Source: a virus
Reading direction: 5' to 3' (one strand)
IMG/VR virus record: IMGVR_UViG_3300018079_000003
Location: 1-64,000 of that record
DNA: 64,000 nt
Shown here piece by piece: positions 15,830 to 25,626 of this stretch. The position numbers were made by a program, and so were the translations under genes. Positions within the stretch are counted from its first letter, which is position 1. Each line of letters starts with the position of its first letter. The notes beneath the pieces were generated by a model, which made no database searches, was not told the DNA's origin, and saw only the letters and a list, made by a program, of their open reading frames with translations.

Positions 15830-16713
15830 TTAGCTCGTATCCATCTATTTACACCATCGGCCACCGCTACATCGCCAACCTTTTCAATGGCCGGGTGGTC
15901 ATCGAAGAAAAAGTTGACGGTTCGCAGTTTTCTTTCGGCGTTTTCGACGAGCAATTAATCTGTCGGTCTAAAGGTCAACAAATCCAACTGGGCGATCCCG
16001 GCATGTTTAGCAAAGCGGTGGAAACGGTTGGCGCGTTGCGTAATAAACTCACGCCGGGCTGGACCTATCGCGGCGAGTATCTTCAGAAGTCCAAGCATAA
16101 TTGCCTTGCTTATGAACGCACGCCAGTGGGAAATATTATTATTTTCGACGTGATGACCGGGGGCGAGCATTACCTCGATCCCGCGACTAAGTGTACGGAG
16201 GCGGATCGTCTCGGTTTAGAATGCGTCCCGTGTTTTTATTCGGGTGAGGGAAGCGCGGTCGTGCTGCTATCACTCGCGGATTATTTTCAACGTGACTCGG
16301 TTCTCGGCGGCGTGAAAATCGAGGGCGTGGTCGTGAAAAACTACGATCAGTTTGGTGGGGACAAGCTTATTCTGGTGGGCAAGTTTGTCAGCCCGGCTTT
16401 TAAAGAGAAACACCAGACGGAGTGGAAAATCTCCAACCCAACTAAGACGGACGTGGAGCAACAACTCATCGCGGAGTTGACCACGGAAGCCCGCTGGCGC
16501 AAGGCCGTGCAACACTTACGCGAGGCGGGCAAGATTACGGATACGCCCACGGACATCGGCGCGATCATGCTTGAAGTAAAGGCCGATATTCTCAAGGAGG
16601 AAGCCGAATATATTAAAGAAGTGCTGTTTAAACACTTCTGGCCGAAGATTGCGCGCGGCGTGACTGCGGGAATCCCGGAATGGTATAAGAAAGATTTGGG
16701 GTTGTTATCGTGA
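15826..16713 (+). CDS. ATP-dependent RNA/DNA ligase (KxDG nucleotidyltransferase, RNA_ligase-family-like)
   Basis: Motif I EEKVDGSQ, RGEYL, IIFDV (motif III), EGVVVK (motif IV), LVGKFV (motif V). Confidence 0.65.
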   Translation: MISSYPSIYTIGHRYIANLFNGRVVIEEKVDGSQFSFGVFDEQLICRSKGQQIQLGDPGMFSKAVETVGALRNKLTPGWTYRGEYLQKSKHNCLAYERTPVGNIIIFDVMTGGEHYLDPATKCTEADRLGLECVPCFYSGEGSAVVLLSLADYFQRDSVLGGVKIEGVVVKNYDQFGGDKLILVGKFVSPAFKEKHQTEWKISNPTKTDVEQQLIAELTTEARWRKAVQHLREAGKITDTPTDIGAIMLEVKADILKEEAEYIKEVLFKHFWPKIARGVTAGIPEWYKKDLGLLS

Positions 16714-16922
16714 GTATTGCACAACTGAAGACCGAAGCGCGGGAAGCCGCCACTTCCCGAGGGCATGAACTTTCTATTTTTATTCGTCTATCCGCCCGGC
16801 GATATTTCGCGATTTGCACTAAATGCAGCGGGCGGGTGTATATAAATTCCGCGCCGATGCCCAACGAAATCGAAATCAGCGGCGAGCCGGTCGCGGCGGG
16901 CTGCTCTGGCAAAAAGGAATAA
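16710..16922 (+). CDS. Hypothetical protein
   Basis: 70-aa ORF with a GTGA overlap start. Confidence 0.4.
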   Translation: MSIAQLKTEAREAATSRGHELSIFIRLSARRYFAICTKCSGRVYINSAPMPNEIEISGEPVAAGCSGKKE

Positions 16923-16925
16923 TTT

Positions 16926-17198
16926 ATGAAAAAACTAATAGTGAACATTACTAAGGGAGATTTTAGAAACGCCGGGGCGTATTGCGACAATGTCGGATGT
17001 CTGCTGGCTACCGCGCTGCTCCGTATGGGCATGCGCGGCATTAATTGCGGGTTTGATCGCGTAACCACCACACCGGGGGGGAGATGGTTTTTCTCGAAAC
17101 AGTCGCAGAACAAAATTTTTCGCTCGTATTCGTGCCTCTCGGGCAAGCCGCGCAAGGATGCGAAGCCTTTTCAAATTATCCTACACCCCCGCTCATGA
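16926..17198 (+). CDS. Hypothetical protein
   Basis: 90-aa ORF with an AAGGA SD-like sequence upstream. Confidence 0.45.
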   Translation: MKKLIVNITKGDFRNAGAYCDNVGCLLATALLRMGMRGINCGFDRVTTTPGGRWFFSKQSQNKIFRSYSCLSGKPRKDAKPFQIILHPRS

Positions 17199-17359
17199 AA
17201 ACAAAAATTGGATTACGCGAAAGCGTCGCGCAAGCAAAAACCCCGGCAGAGATCAATGACTTGTTGGTTATCGGCACACAATTCGAGATGGCCAGCGCGC
17301 ATACGAAGCGTCGTTGGCAGAACACTGCTGCGCGACGGCAGAAAGAACTGACGAAATGA
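17195..17359 (+). CDS. Small hypothetical protein (54 aa)
   Basis: MKTKIGLRES..., with an ATGA overlap start. Confidence 0.35.
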   Translation: MKTKIGLRESVAQAKTPAEINDLLVIGTQFEMASAHTKRRWQNTAARRQKELTK

Positions 17360-17437
17360 CTGATCCATTCCCGGCCCATAGCAGTCTGGCGATTATCGCC
17401 TTCGGGTTTTTCGTCGGCTGGGCCATTAAAGGATTTT

Positions 17438-18712
17438 ATGAAAATAATCGAACTGATCGTTTCTAACTACAAGCGCGTAAAAGCGGTAACTATCAAACCT
17501 CTCGGCGAGCACGTCGTCATCGGCGGGCGCAATGAACAAGGCAAGTCTTCTACCATCGACGCGCTTTTCGCGGCGTTGTGCGGGAGCGAAGCAATCTGTG
17601 ATAAGCCGATCCGAGAGGGCGCGTTGACGAGTGAGACGGTTGTGAATCTTGGCGAGTATGTGGTGACCCGTAAGTTTTCTCCTACCGGCACGATTCTCAC
17701 GGTGAAAAATGCTGAAGGTAAGACTCAGGGTTCGCCGCAGACGTTGCTTGATGGTCTGGTCGGCGCGATTGCGTTTGACCCGTTGGCGTTCACTCACATG
17801 GAGCCGAAGGCGCAGCGGGAGTTATTGGCGAAGCTGGCCGGGCTGGACTTCAAATTGCTTGACGCGGAGTATCAGGCGCTTTATGACAAACGCCGCGACG
17901 CGAACCGGGACGCCGATAAGATGGCGGCGAAGCTGACCGGTCGTCGGACTCACGAGGGCGTGCCGGAAGTGGAAGTGTCAGTGGAGGCACTACTGACGGA
18001 ATTAAAATCAGCGAATGTTTTAAATGACCGCAAGACCGAGGCGCTAAAGGATTTGAACGACGCCAAACGAAACGCTACGGCCCGAGAAGAACAAAGTCAA
18101 CTTGCGATCCGAAATGTAAATCAAATACGGGATGCATTGTGTGTGGCGGAACGGCATTTAGGGGAATGTGAGAAGGCGCGAGAAAACGCGATTAACAATT
18201 TTAACATCGCTATTGCTGCGCACACTAGTGCGCCCGAAGTGGATACTGCGCCTATTACTTTGCGAATCGTCGAGGCCGACAGTATCAATGCCAAGGTGCG
18301 TTCTAATCGTGAATTTAATGGGCTAATGGACGAGTCGGCTCGTTTGTCGGAACAAGTCCGGGCGTTGGGTCGTGATCTCGACGCCAAAGCAGCACAGAAG
18401 GCGCAAGCGATTCGAGATGCGAAATACCCGCTGCCCGGTCTCACTCTCTCCGATGACTGCGTGCTTTTCAAAGGCATCCCCTTGAAGCAGGCCAGCACTG
18501 AAGAACAGTATCGCATCGGCGCGGCCATTGGCGCGGCGCTGAATCCGCAATTGCGGGTCATGGTGATTCGTGGCGGTTCATTGCTTGACGAGAACAATCT
18601 CGTGGCACTCCTGAAGTGGGGCAATGAGAATGATATTCAACTGATCGTCGAGCGCGTAGGCAGCGGCGACGAATGCACGGTCGTGATTGAGGACGGAGAG
18701 ATTTTAAAATGA
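17438..18712 (+). CDS. SMC/Rad50/SbcC-like AAA ATPase
   Basis: Walker A GGRNEQGKSS, a central coiled-coil-like region, and a C-terminal RVMVIRGGSLLDENN Walker B/D-loop-like segment. Confidence 0.6.
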   Translation: MKIIELIVSNYKRVKAVTIKPLGEHVVIGGRNEQGKSSTIDALFAALCGSEAICDKPIREGALTSETVVNLGEYVVTRKFSPTGTILTVKNAEGKTQGSPQTLLDGLVGAIAFDPLAFTHMEPKAQRELLAKLAGLDFKLLDAEYQALYDKRRDANRDADKMAAKLTGRRTHEGVPEVEVSVEALLTELKSANVLNDRKTEALKDLNDAKRNATAREEQSQLAIRNVNQIRDALCVAERHLGECEKARENAINNFNIAIAAHTSAPEVDTAPITLRIVEADSINAKVRSNREFNGLMDESARLSEQVRALGRDLDAKAAQKAQAIRDAKYPLPGLTLSDDCVLFKGIPLKQASTEEQYRIGAAIGAALNPQLRVMVIRGGSLLDENNLVALLKWGNENDIQLIVERVGSGDECTVVIEDGEILK

Positions 18713-19158
18713 AAACCAAAAACATAAAAGTTGTTCCCGCCGTTTTGGATGGGATTCCTATCGAAGTTGCCACGTCCATGCTTTGTGCCCGCAAGGCAAA
18801 GCTGACCGCTCGCATGCGCAAGACCTGCCGCGCTGCCCGCGAGCGGGTATGTCCCAGCATTGCGCCCATTATAAATACAAAGGATGGACAAGAGTATCGC
18901 ATGGACGCAAAGATCGACACCGAGGTGAAGCTGGATCGCCTCGCACGCGGACTTAATTGGAAGCAGCTTCACTCTCACCTCAAGCGGTGGGGGAAACGCC
19001 GGGCGAAACTTCAGACGGAATTTATTCGACTGATGGAGTCTACTACCTTGGGTGCGGTAAAGGAATCGCGAGGCCGGGCCTTGACTTGGGCGGCGGGGCA
19101 AATGGAACTGGCTCAAGATGCTTTGTCGGCGGAAATCAAACGCCGGGAGAAAAGCTAA
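18709..19158 (+). CDS. Hypothetical basic protein
   Basis: 149-aa ORF with an ATGA overlap. Confidence 0.5.
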   Translation: MKTKNIKVVPAVLDGIPIEVATSMLCARKAKLTARMRKTCRAARERVCPSIAPIINTKDGQEYRMDAKIDTEVKLDRLARGLNWKQLHSHLKRWGKRRAKLQTEFIRLMESTTLGAVKESRGRALTWAAGQMELAQDALSAEIKRREKS

Positions 19159-19472
19159 TGGGATACAACACGCGCTATTTCCTGACTGTCAAGCCGCCTA
19201 ACCCGGAAACGATCCCGGCGCTCAAAGTCTTTAGCGGAGAAGCGGACTATTGTTTGAACGATGACGGCACCACAAACAATGGGGGTCGGTGGTATGAACA
19301 CGAAAAAGATATGCGTGAGTTTTCTAAACACCGCTTGGACGTGCTTTTTACCCTAGAGGGCGAGGGAGAAGAAGTGGGGGATATGTGGAAAAAATATTTT
19401 AAGAATGGACTCTGTCAAGTCGCGAGGGCGCATATTACTATCGATAAATTCGATCCCAAAAAACTAATTTGA
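19158..19472 (+). CDS. Hypothetical protein
   Basis: MGYNTRYFLTV..., with a TAATG overlap start inside track ORF 18957..19472. Confidence 0.45.
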   Translation: MGYNTRYFLTVKPPNPETIPALKVFSGEADYCLNDDGTTNNGGRWYEHEKDMREFSKHRLDVLFTLEGEGEEVGDMWKKYFKNGLCQVARAHITIDKFDPKKLI

Positions 19473-19545
19473 GCATGCGGTGTGAGAAACAATCACTTAA
19501 ATTCGGGTATCTGTTCTTGAGCCGCATGCTCAATTCCCACAAACT

Positions 19546-20490
19546 ATGAATGAATTACAACCAGCCCCACAGCGCCCAATGACTCTCGCAAAGAACGACT
19601 TGGGCGGGATATTGTCATTGATTAACAACCCGGAATTGGAACTGTTGGGCGGTTTATCGCCGACGATGGAACCGTTGGTGATGGAGGAAGAAAAACCACC
19701 CGTCCGGCGTGAAAGCCCTCCCCCTATCGTCCGTCCCGTTGGCCGTTCGCTGCTATTCTCGGGGCGGCTCGCATCGGGAAAAGATTACGTCGCGGAGAAA
19801 GCGGGGGCAAAAATATTTAGCCTTCCCGATCCGCTCTATGCGGTTGCCAGTCATCTTTTCGGCGTCGAGGTAACTTCCACTAAAAATAAAGATTTGCCCG
19901 GCATGCGCGCTTTTCTCCAATACCTCGGGCAATGGGGCCGCAACGAGGTAAACGACAAATATCCCTACACCCCGGCCCGTGCCGTATTCGTTCAAATGAT
20001 CCGGTCGCTGGGCGTGCATTCCCAATCAAAAGCGTTTTGTCCCTCCGTCGATTGGTCGAGCTTCGGATTCGACAACGAGATTTGGGTCAAGGCTTGTGCC
20101 ACCCGAATAGAAGGCGTGAGAGAGCACGACGCGGCGGTGAAGCGGGTGGCGATACCAAACCTTCGTTTTGAATTTGAATTGAAATATTTTCGTGAGCGGG
20201 GCTTCGACCACTACCACATCATGTGTTCGGCAGAGACGTGGGCGGAACGTTTGGTCAAGAAAAACCTCAAGCCGGAGTCCAAGGAATTGAACGACATTTC
20301 GGAACAGTTGGCGATCCATCTCGACCGGGACGTGGCGAAGAAAACCAAAGCGCAACCCGTGGGCAATAAGTTGAAAGTGATTTGGAACGACCCTCGGCCC
20401 TGCCCCTCCGCCCGGCTCTACACCCTGAATGAATTCTTGCAAGCCGTCGCTATTGATGAGGTGGTCTTACCGGAGGACGACCAGCAATGA
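19546..20490 (+). CDS. Deoxynucleoside monophosphate kinase-like protein with an N-terminal extension
   Basis: SGRLASGKDYVA P-loop variant, PDPLY, LQYLGQWGR, IPNLRFEFE, as in T5/T4-type dNMP kinases. From recollection only. Confidence 0.5.
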   Translation: MNELQPAPQRPMTLAKNDLGGILSLINNPELELLGGLSPTMEPLVMEEEKPPVRRESPPPIVRPVGRSLLFSGRLASGKDYVAEKAGAKIFSLPDPLYAVASHLFGVEVTSTKNKDLPGMRAFLQYLGQWGRNEVNDKYPYTPARAVFVQMIRSLGVHSQSKAFCPSVDWSSFGFDNEIWVKACATRIEGVREHDAAVKRVAIPNLRFEFELKYFRERGFDHYHIMCSAETWAERLVKKNLKPESKELNDISEQLAIHLDRDVAKKTKAQPVGNKLKVIWNDPRPCPSARLYTLNEFLQAVAIDEVVLPEDDQQ

Positions 20491-20536
20491 CCGATAACAT
20501 GGTTTTTTTAATTTGTATTACCGTCGTGGTCGTGGT

Positions 20537-20893
20537 ATGGGTATGGAAAAGCGACTGAAAGTTTTATATGTTGCCGGTCCTTTCCGCGCGGCGAATGCGT
20601 GGGAGGTAGAACAGAACATCCGTCGCGCCGAAGCCCTCGCCCTTGAGGCGTGGCGATGCGGCTGCGCGGTGATTTGTCCACATACTAACACCCGATTTTT
20701 TTCCGGCGCGGCCCCGGACCCTGTATGGCTCGACGGCGATTTGGAAATGTTGCGCCGTTGTGATGCGATCCTGATGACGCCGGATTGGAAAAGATCGTCC
20801 GGCGCAACGAAAGAATGGGAACTGGCCCGCGAATTAGATATGGCGGTGCTTTACTCGATAGAAGACTTAAAAGAATGGCTTGAGTATGTTTAA
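20537..20893 (+). CDS. Nucleoside 2-deoxyribosyltransferase-like protein (DUF4406/DUF1937-like)
   Basis: VLYVAGPFRA...E.N...A......G..V.CPH......WL..DL..L..CD....PDW..S.GA..E pattern. Confidence 0.55.
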   Translation: MGMEKRLKVLYVAGPFRAANAWEVEQNIRRAEALALEAWRCGCAVICPHTNTRFFSGAAPDPVWLDGDLEMLRRCDAILMTPDWKRSSGATKEWELARELDMAVLYSIEDLKEWLEYV

Positions 20894-21458
20894 ACGGGGC
20901 ACATTATCGGTCCTGTTTGGCGTCCACCAATTTTTGTGGCATCCGTTTACTGTGTGGCGGGCGTGGCGCTACCTGTATAAGAAAAATCCATCCGCTTACG
21001 AATTGCTCGCAATAATTTTTCACGATACCGGATATGTCGGAAAATCTACGATGGACGGTCCTAATGGACGCACTCATCCAGAGGGCGGGGCAAAGATTGC
21101 GATGTATGCGGCTTACGTATTGGCGCGTCTTCGTGGTAGGAGTTGTGCGGACGCCACCATCATCGGATTGCGGATTTACAAACTAAGTCTATTCCATTCA
21201 ACTCATTACGCCCAACTAAAAGACGCGCCGGTATCGGCGCTGTACCTACCGGACAAGGTCTGTATCCTTTTCGATCCGCCGTGGTTCTATAAGTTGCGCG
21301 CGCGTCTGTCCGGCGAGTTGGCGGAATACGTCAATAATGAAAACCATGCTCGTGGGCAATTCCTGTTTACGGCGGATCAATGGCTAACGCAGTATCGTGA
21401 AAAAATATTGAAGAAGGCTAACGACTATCTCGAAGAACGATGTCGCCCGAAATTTTAA
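20880..21458 (+). CDS. Possible HD-domain phosphohydrolase
   Basis: The only recognisable cues are IFHDTGY and a later HSTHY. Confidence 0.3.
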   Translation: MSMFKRGTLSVLFGVHQFLWHPFTVWRAWRYLYKKNPSAYELLAIIFHDTGYVGKSTMDGPNGRTHPEGGAKIAMYAAYVLARLRGRSCADATIIGLRIYKLSLFHSTHYAQLKDAPVSALYLPDKVCILFDPPWFYKLRARLSGELAEYVNNENHARGQFLFTADQWLTQYREKILKKANDYLEERCRPKF

Positions 21459-23008
21459 ATAGACTCCGCGACCATCAGGTTCAACCGGCGCAACGACTGC
21501 TCGAAATCCTTCAGCACAACCGAACGGCGGCGGATTTTTCGGATACAGGCACCGGCAAGACTTACGTGGCGGCGGCGGTGGCAAAGTCGCTCGCCCTGCC
21601 TACGCTGGTCGTGGTCCCCAAGATTGCGATTAACCAATGGCACCGGGCCGCAGAACATTTCGACGACTCCATAAGTGTAATTAATTATGATATGTTACGC
21701 ACGGGACGGACTCCCTACGGCAGGTGGGATAACAATCCGCCGCCCGGCTTTATTCACGAAGAACGCTATGTTTGCCAGTGCTGCCAGCAAAAAGTGGACC
21801 TTGAAAATTATTCTCCCTGCTATACGCACCCACAAGGCGTGCATTGCTTGGTGATAAAAAAGACTCCGTGGAAGTATGGTAAATTCCATTTTCACCCCGG
21901 TGTGAGTCTTATAGTTTTCGACGAGGGACACCGTTGCGGCTCGCTCGATAGCCTCAACGCCGGTCTTATGATCGCGGCCCGGCGCGACGTGCCAAAGGGG
22001 CTGGTGCTGACCGCCACGGCGGCGTGCAGTCCTCTACAAATGCGCGCGCTGGGGTATTTTTTGGACCTGCATACTTTAAATTATGATGTTCTGGCCCGCC
22101 CGCCGGTCCGTCAAAAGAAAAATTTCTACTCGTGGGTGGCTCGTTATGGGGTTCGACGCGAGCCGATGCGTGGTTTGCAATGGCACGTAGGCGCGGAGCA
22201 ACAGCGGGTAATTATGGCGGAAATTCGGAAAGAAATTATCCCGGCCCGTGGAGTGCGGGTTTGCGTGGACGATATTCCCGGTTTTCCTGAAAGAGAAATT
22301 ATAAGTGAATTATATGACTTCGACGAAGTTGATAAAATTAACGGACTTTACGATGAGATGGCTGATGCACTCAATCGTTTGGAACGGACGCAGGTGGGCG
22401 ATGTATGTCCCGACCACCCACTTACTCGAATACTCCGCGCTCGACAAAAGATTGAACTGCTCAAAGTCCCAATTGGAGTTGAGTTGGCACGAGACTACGT
22501 GGCCAAAGGATATAGTGTCGGGCTGTTCGTCAATTTCCGGCAGACCCTTGACGCACTCCGCGAGCGGCTTGGACTTAAATGCATTATTGACGGCTCCCCG
22601 GCTGGGCAGCGTAATCGGCAATGGAGTATCGACGTTTTCCAATCGGACGTGGAGCGCGTTATTGGGGTAAACAACGAGGCCGGGGGGCTGGCCCTGTCAC
22701 TCCCGGACTTGCATGGAAAACACCCCCGAGTGGGGATAGTTTTCCCCTCGGAAAAGGCCAAGACTATGCGCCAGATATTCGGGCGATTCCATCGGGACGG
22801 CAGCAAGTCCAAGTGTTTTTATCGGGTGATCCTCGCCGCCCGGACATACGAAACATCCCTGCACCGGAACCTCCGCAATAAATTGAACAATCTCGACGCC
22901 TTAAATGACGCGGACCTGATGCCCGATAATCTGGTCTTGACCAAGTCTTCTTTTCCGTCCACTAATTATTTGACAACCCAATCGACTCATGATAGTCTTG
23001 TTTTATGA
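21440..23008 (+). CDS. SNF2/DEAD-like helicase
   Basis: Motif I DTGTGKTY, motif II VFDEGHRC, and a C-terminal helicase-lobe-like region. Confidence 0.75.
   Translation: MSPEILNRLRDHQVQPAQRLLEILQHNRTAADFSDTGTGKTYVAAAVAKSLALPTLVVVPKIAINQWHRAAEHFDDSISVINYDMLRTGRTPYGRWDNNPPPGFIHEERYVCQCCQQKVDLENYSPCYTHPQGVHCLVIKKTPWKYGKFHFHPGVSLIVFDEGHRCGSLDSLNAGLMIAARRDVPKGLVLTATAACSPLQMRALGYFLDLHTLNYDVLARPPVRQKKNFYSWVARYGVRREPMRGLQWHVGAEQQRVIMAEIRKEIIPARGVRVCVDDIPGFPEREIISELYDFDEVDKINGLYDEMADALNRLERTQVGDVCPDHPLTRILRARQKIELLKVPIGVELARDYVAKGYSVGLFVNFRQTLDALRERLGLKCIIDGSPAGQRNRQWSIDVFQSDVERVIGVNNEAGGLALSLPDLHGKHPRVGIVFPSEKAKTMRQIFGRFHRDGSKSKCFYRVILAARTYETSLHRNLRNKLNNLDALNDADLMPDNLVLTKSSFPSTNYLTTQSTHDSLVL
22970..22998 (+). 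promoter_or_regulatory. Sigma70-type promoter, leaderless configuration
   Basis: TTGACA-N17-TAGTCT, with ATG 23005 six nt after the -10. It lies inside the helicase 3' end. Confidence 0.55.
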
Positions 23009-23184
23009 GTAAAGAAATTATTATTTCCACTACTCTTAGTTGCAATCACCGGATGGTGGTTTACTATAAGGTTGGTTCTGACGGTAAGAAAGCCAGCATT
23101 ACGCGGCACGAGCCGATTGATCCGGGCAAGCCGTGTATTAAGCGGTCCTTTAGAGGAATGGACTCTCGAAATTCGTGCCGATGA
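23005..23184 (+). CDS. Small hypothetical protein (59 aa)
   Basis: Hand-translated MSKEIIISTTLSCNHRMVVYYK.... Overlaps the helicase stop and is ATGA-coupled to the nuclease gene. Confidence 0.35.
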   Translation: MSKEIIISTTLSCNHRMVVYYKVGSDGKKASITRHEPIDPGKPCIKRSFRGMDSRNSCR

Positions 23185-24473
23185 TTATGAACCCTCCCTA
23201 CTCACCGTCGTCGGGGGAACGAGTTCATCATTCATATTCCCCGTCGTCGTTGCAATCCACTGAGGCGTGCCCTTGTTACAAAAATCGCGATAGTAAACAC
23301 ATTCGCGGGATCATGGGAACGATTGCGCACAAGGTCACGGAAACCGGCGAGGACGATAACCGACTGGACGATAATGACGCCGCTGCCGCAGCGGAGTGTA
23401 TTGATTTTTACGACAAGCGCCGGGCGATGGCGTTGGCGGCGCGTAATTCAGCAGTTGAAAATCTTGCAAACGAAATTTGGGTGCCGCCTACGGCGGAAGG
23501 ACCGAGAGATGCGCGCGTGCCGTCGATACAACAAGCCGAAGAAAGGATTCCACAAATTATTGAACTTCAAGAAACATATCTCGCGGTAGACGAAATTGAA
23601 TTCCCGGACGGCATTAAATCCACTACAGCGGGTTTCGTGGACCGGGTGCTCATCGCCCATTGCGGCACCTATGCGGAGTTGTTTGATTGGAAATTTGGGC
23701 TATGGCCCGTGGAAAAGGCAGAAGATAATTTGCAGGGGCTGTCCTACGTAATTGGGTTGTTTCGAGAGTATCCCAATCTGAAGTCCGCCCGGTTTTTCTT
23801 TAAGCAGCCTTATACGGGGGAAATTTCCCATTCGTTGTTTACTCGCGAAATGTTGCCGGAGTTATATTTACGAATTCAGGTCGTCGTCGCCAGAGCACGC
23901 ACGGCACGCGCGCTTGCGGCTAAGGGGGATTACTCTATGGCGTCGCCTATGGTGCCGGTCTGTAATTTTTGCGATAACATTGGACGCTGCACGAAGGTTC
24001 TCGACATTGCGTTGAAAGTTGGCAAGAAATTTTACCCGTTGGAAATCCCGGAAGATGTGACGCCTACCGAAGTGCATAGCGCCCGTGATACTACTCTCGG
24101 AATGCGCTTAGCGGGGGTTTTGGCGGTATGGGCGAAGGCATATCGCGGCACGATCACCAACCGGGTAATTTGCGGGAACGCTGACGCGCCTGACGGTTTT
24201 GTTTTAGCGCCCGGATCGACGCCCCGGCAGATTCGAGATGTGACCAAGCTAAAAGAAGTCTCACTTAAATATTTGACACCGGAGGAATATTCGGCGATAT
24301 TACCCCAAGAGCCGCCGTTTGGTGCGCTCGAAGATGCGATTTCGGAAAAAGCGCCGCGCGGGCATAAAAAGGCTACGGTAGAAACTTTTCAATCTCAAAT
24401 TTTAGAGACTGGTGCGGTAGAAAAAGGCACCGCTTACGCTTTCCTAAAGGCAATTCCGTCTAAGGAAAAATAA
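23181..24473 (+). CDS. PD-(D/E)XK nuclease with a Cas4-like Cys cluster
   Basis: N-terminal CPC and C-terminal C-x2-C-x5-C (CNFCDNIGRC), which is the 4Fe-4S pattern of Cas4/AddB. Core motif D..V......ELFDWKFG. Confidence 0.65.
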   Translation: MIMNPPYSPSSGERVHHSYSPSSLQSTEACPCYKNRDSKHIRGIMGTIAHKVTETGEDDNRLDDNDAAAAAECIDFYDKRRAMALAARNSAVENLANEIWVPPTAEGPRDARVPSIQQAEERIPQIIELQETYLAVDEIEFPDGIKSTTAGFVDRVLIAHCGTYAELFDWKFGLWPVEKAEDNLQGLSYVIGLFREYPNLKSARFFFKQPYTGEISHSLFTREMLPELYLRIQVVVARARTARALAAKGDYSMASPMVPVCNFCDNIGRCTKVLDIALKVGKKFYPLEIPEDVTPTEVHSARDTTLGMRLAGVLAVWAKAYRGTITNRVICGNADAPDGFVLAPGSTPRQIRDVTKLKEVSLKYLTPEEYSAILPQEPPFGALEDAISEKAPRGHKKATVETFQSQILETGAVEKGTAYAFLKAIPSKEK

Positions 24474-24493
24474 AAAACTAAAAATACAAAAAT

Positions 24494-25333
24494 ATGGAAA
24501 TCAAATTCGGTCCTCCTTCGGGCGCAAGCCCGGCTCCCGTCACGGAGAAAATCGTGAACCCCACTCCGGTCTCCGGCGTGGAGATTGAATCAGAAACTAC
24601 TTATTGCCCTGCCGTGCCCGGCTCGGCGGCAGTCGCAACGTTGTCGGAACATGGCGATGCGATTCCATCCCTGAAAGAAATCAAACTCCCGCGCATAAAT
24701 ATCGTCCACAACACCGGACGGTTGAAAGATGCGTTTGAGCCGGGAGAGATCGTCTACAATCAAACGACGGTGCTTTTCACGCCTCCCGTCGTCAACAAAT
24801 CAACAGGGAAAGTCGAGCGCGAAGGCACTCCCCCCGTAGATTTGGTTGTTTTGCACTTTTTTCCCACGCGCTTTGTAGAGAAAGTCGTGCCTTACAACAG
24901 TCGTCGCGGATTGATTGTAAACACCGAATCGGATGTCCGGGCGGCGGGCGGCACCGTGAGCTACGACGAGGCAAAGATTAAGCCCAACGTCCCGTTGTTT
25001 GAATATATGGCCGATGCTTTTGTGGCCATTCGCCGTCCTAATCATTGCGCTGATGACGATACGGTTTTCGTCTATGCCGTGGGCAATGATAAATACGCCC
25101 TCGGTCTGTGGAGCATGAAGGGGTCCGCCTATACGGTGGCTAAGACGGCTTTTTTCACTCCCCTGAAAATGGGATGTTTGAAAAAAGGCGGGTATCGGTC
25201 GTATCACTTCGCGGTGAGCACGTTTGAGAAGCCGTTTCAAACCGGCAACAAGACTTGGGTTCCGGTCTGTCTCCCGACTGTTCCCACGGACGCGGCGTTT
25301 CTCGAATTCGCCGCACAAATCCTGAAAGGCTAA
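24494..25333 (+). CDS. Hypothetical protein (a recombination or ssDNA-binding partner is possible from position only)
   Basis: 279-aa ORF directly after the nuclease and followed by a terminator. No motif recognised. Confidence 0.5.
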   Translation: MEIKFGPPSGASPAPVTEKIVNPTPVSGVEIESETTYCPAVPGSAAVATLSEHGDAIPSLKEIKLPRINIVHNTGRLKDAFEPGEIVYNQTTVLFTPPVVNKSTGKVEREGTPPVDLVVLHFFPTRFVEKVVPYNSRRGLIVNTESDVRAAGGTVSYDEAKIKPNVPLFEYMADAFVAIRRPNHCADDDTVFVYAVGNDKYALGLWSMKGSAYTVAKTAFFTPLKMGCLKKGGYRSYHFAVSTFEKPFQTGNKTWVPVCLPTVPTDAAFLEFAAQILKG

Positions 25334-25339
25334 TCGTAA

Positions 25340-25373
25340 GTGGGGAGGACCGCCAACTCCCCACCTTCTTTTT
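25340..25373 (+). terminator. Rho-independent terminator
   Basis: GTGGGGAG-gaccgccaa-CTCCCCAC followed by CTTCTTTTT. Confidence 0.7.
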
Positions 25374-25592
25374 ATGGCAGATCGACAAGCACAAAATTGT
25401 AACTGGGACGTTCGAGACGATGACGGCACAATTACGTGGGAACGTGCGGGTATTGCGGTGCTGATGGATATTCGTCGAGAATTAAAGACGCTTAATCAGA
25501 TTTTGCACTGTCAGAATTTTCTTGCCATCCCGCATAAGCTGGACCGCATTCGGATCAATACCACCCGGCGCAAGCGCCGAAGAAAGATTTGA
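25374..25592 (+). CDS. Small hypothetical protein with a basic tail
   Basis: 72-aa ORF. Its TGA stop lies inside the next TTGACA. Confidence 0.4.
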   Translation: MADRQAQNCNWDVRDDDGTITWERAGIAVLMDIRRELKTLNQILHCQNFLAIPHKLDRIRINTTRRKRRRKI

Positions 25593-25617
25593 CAGTGTTT
25601 AAACTTTGTGCTATACT
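25589..25617 (+). promoter_or_regulatory. Sigma70-type promoter with a very short leader
   Basis: TTGACA-N17-TATACT, with ATG 25627 nine nt after the -10. The spacer contains GTTTAAAC. Confidence 0.6.
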
Positions 25618-25626
25618 CCGGGCACG

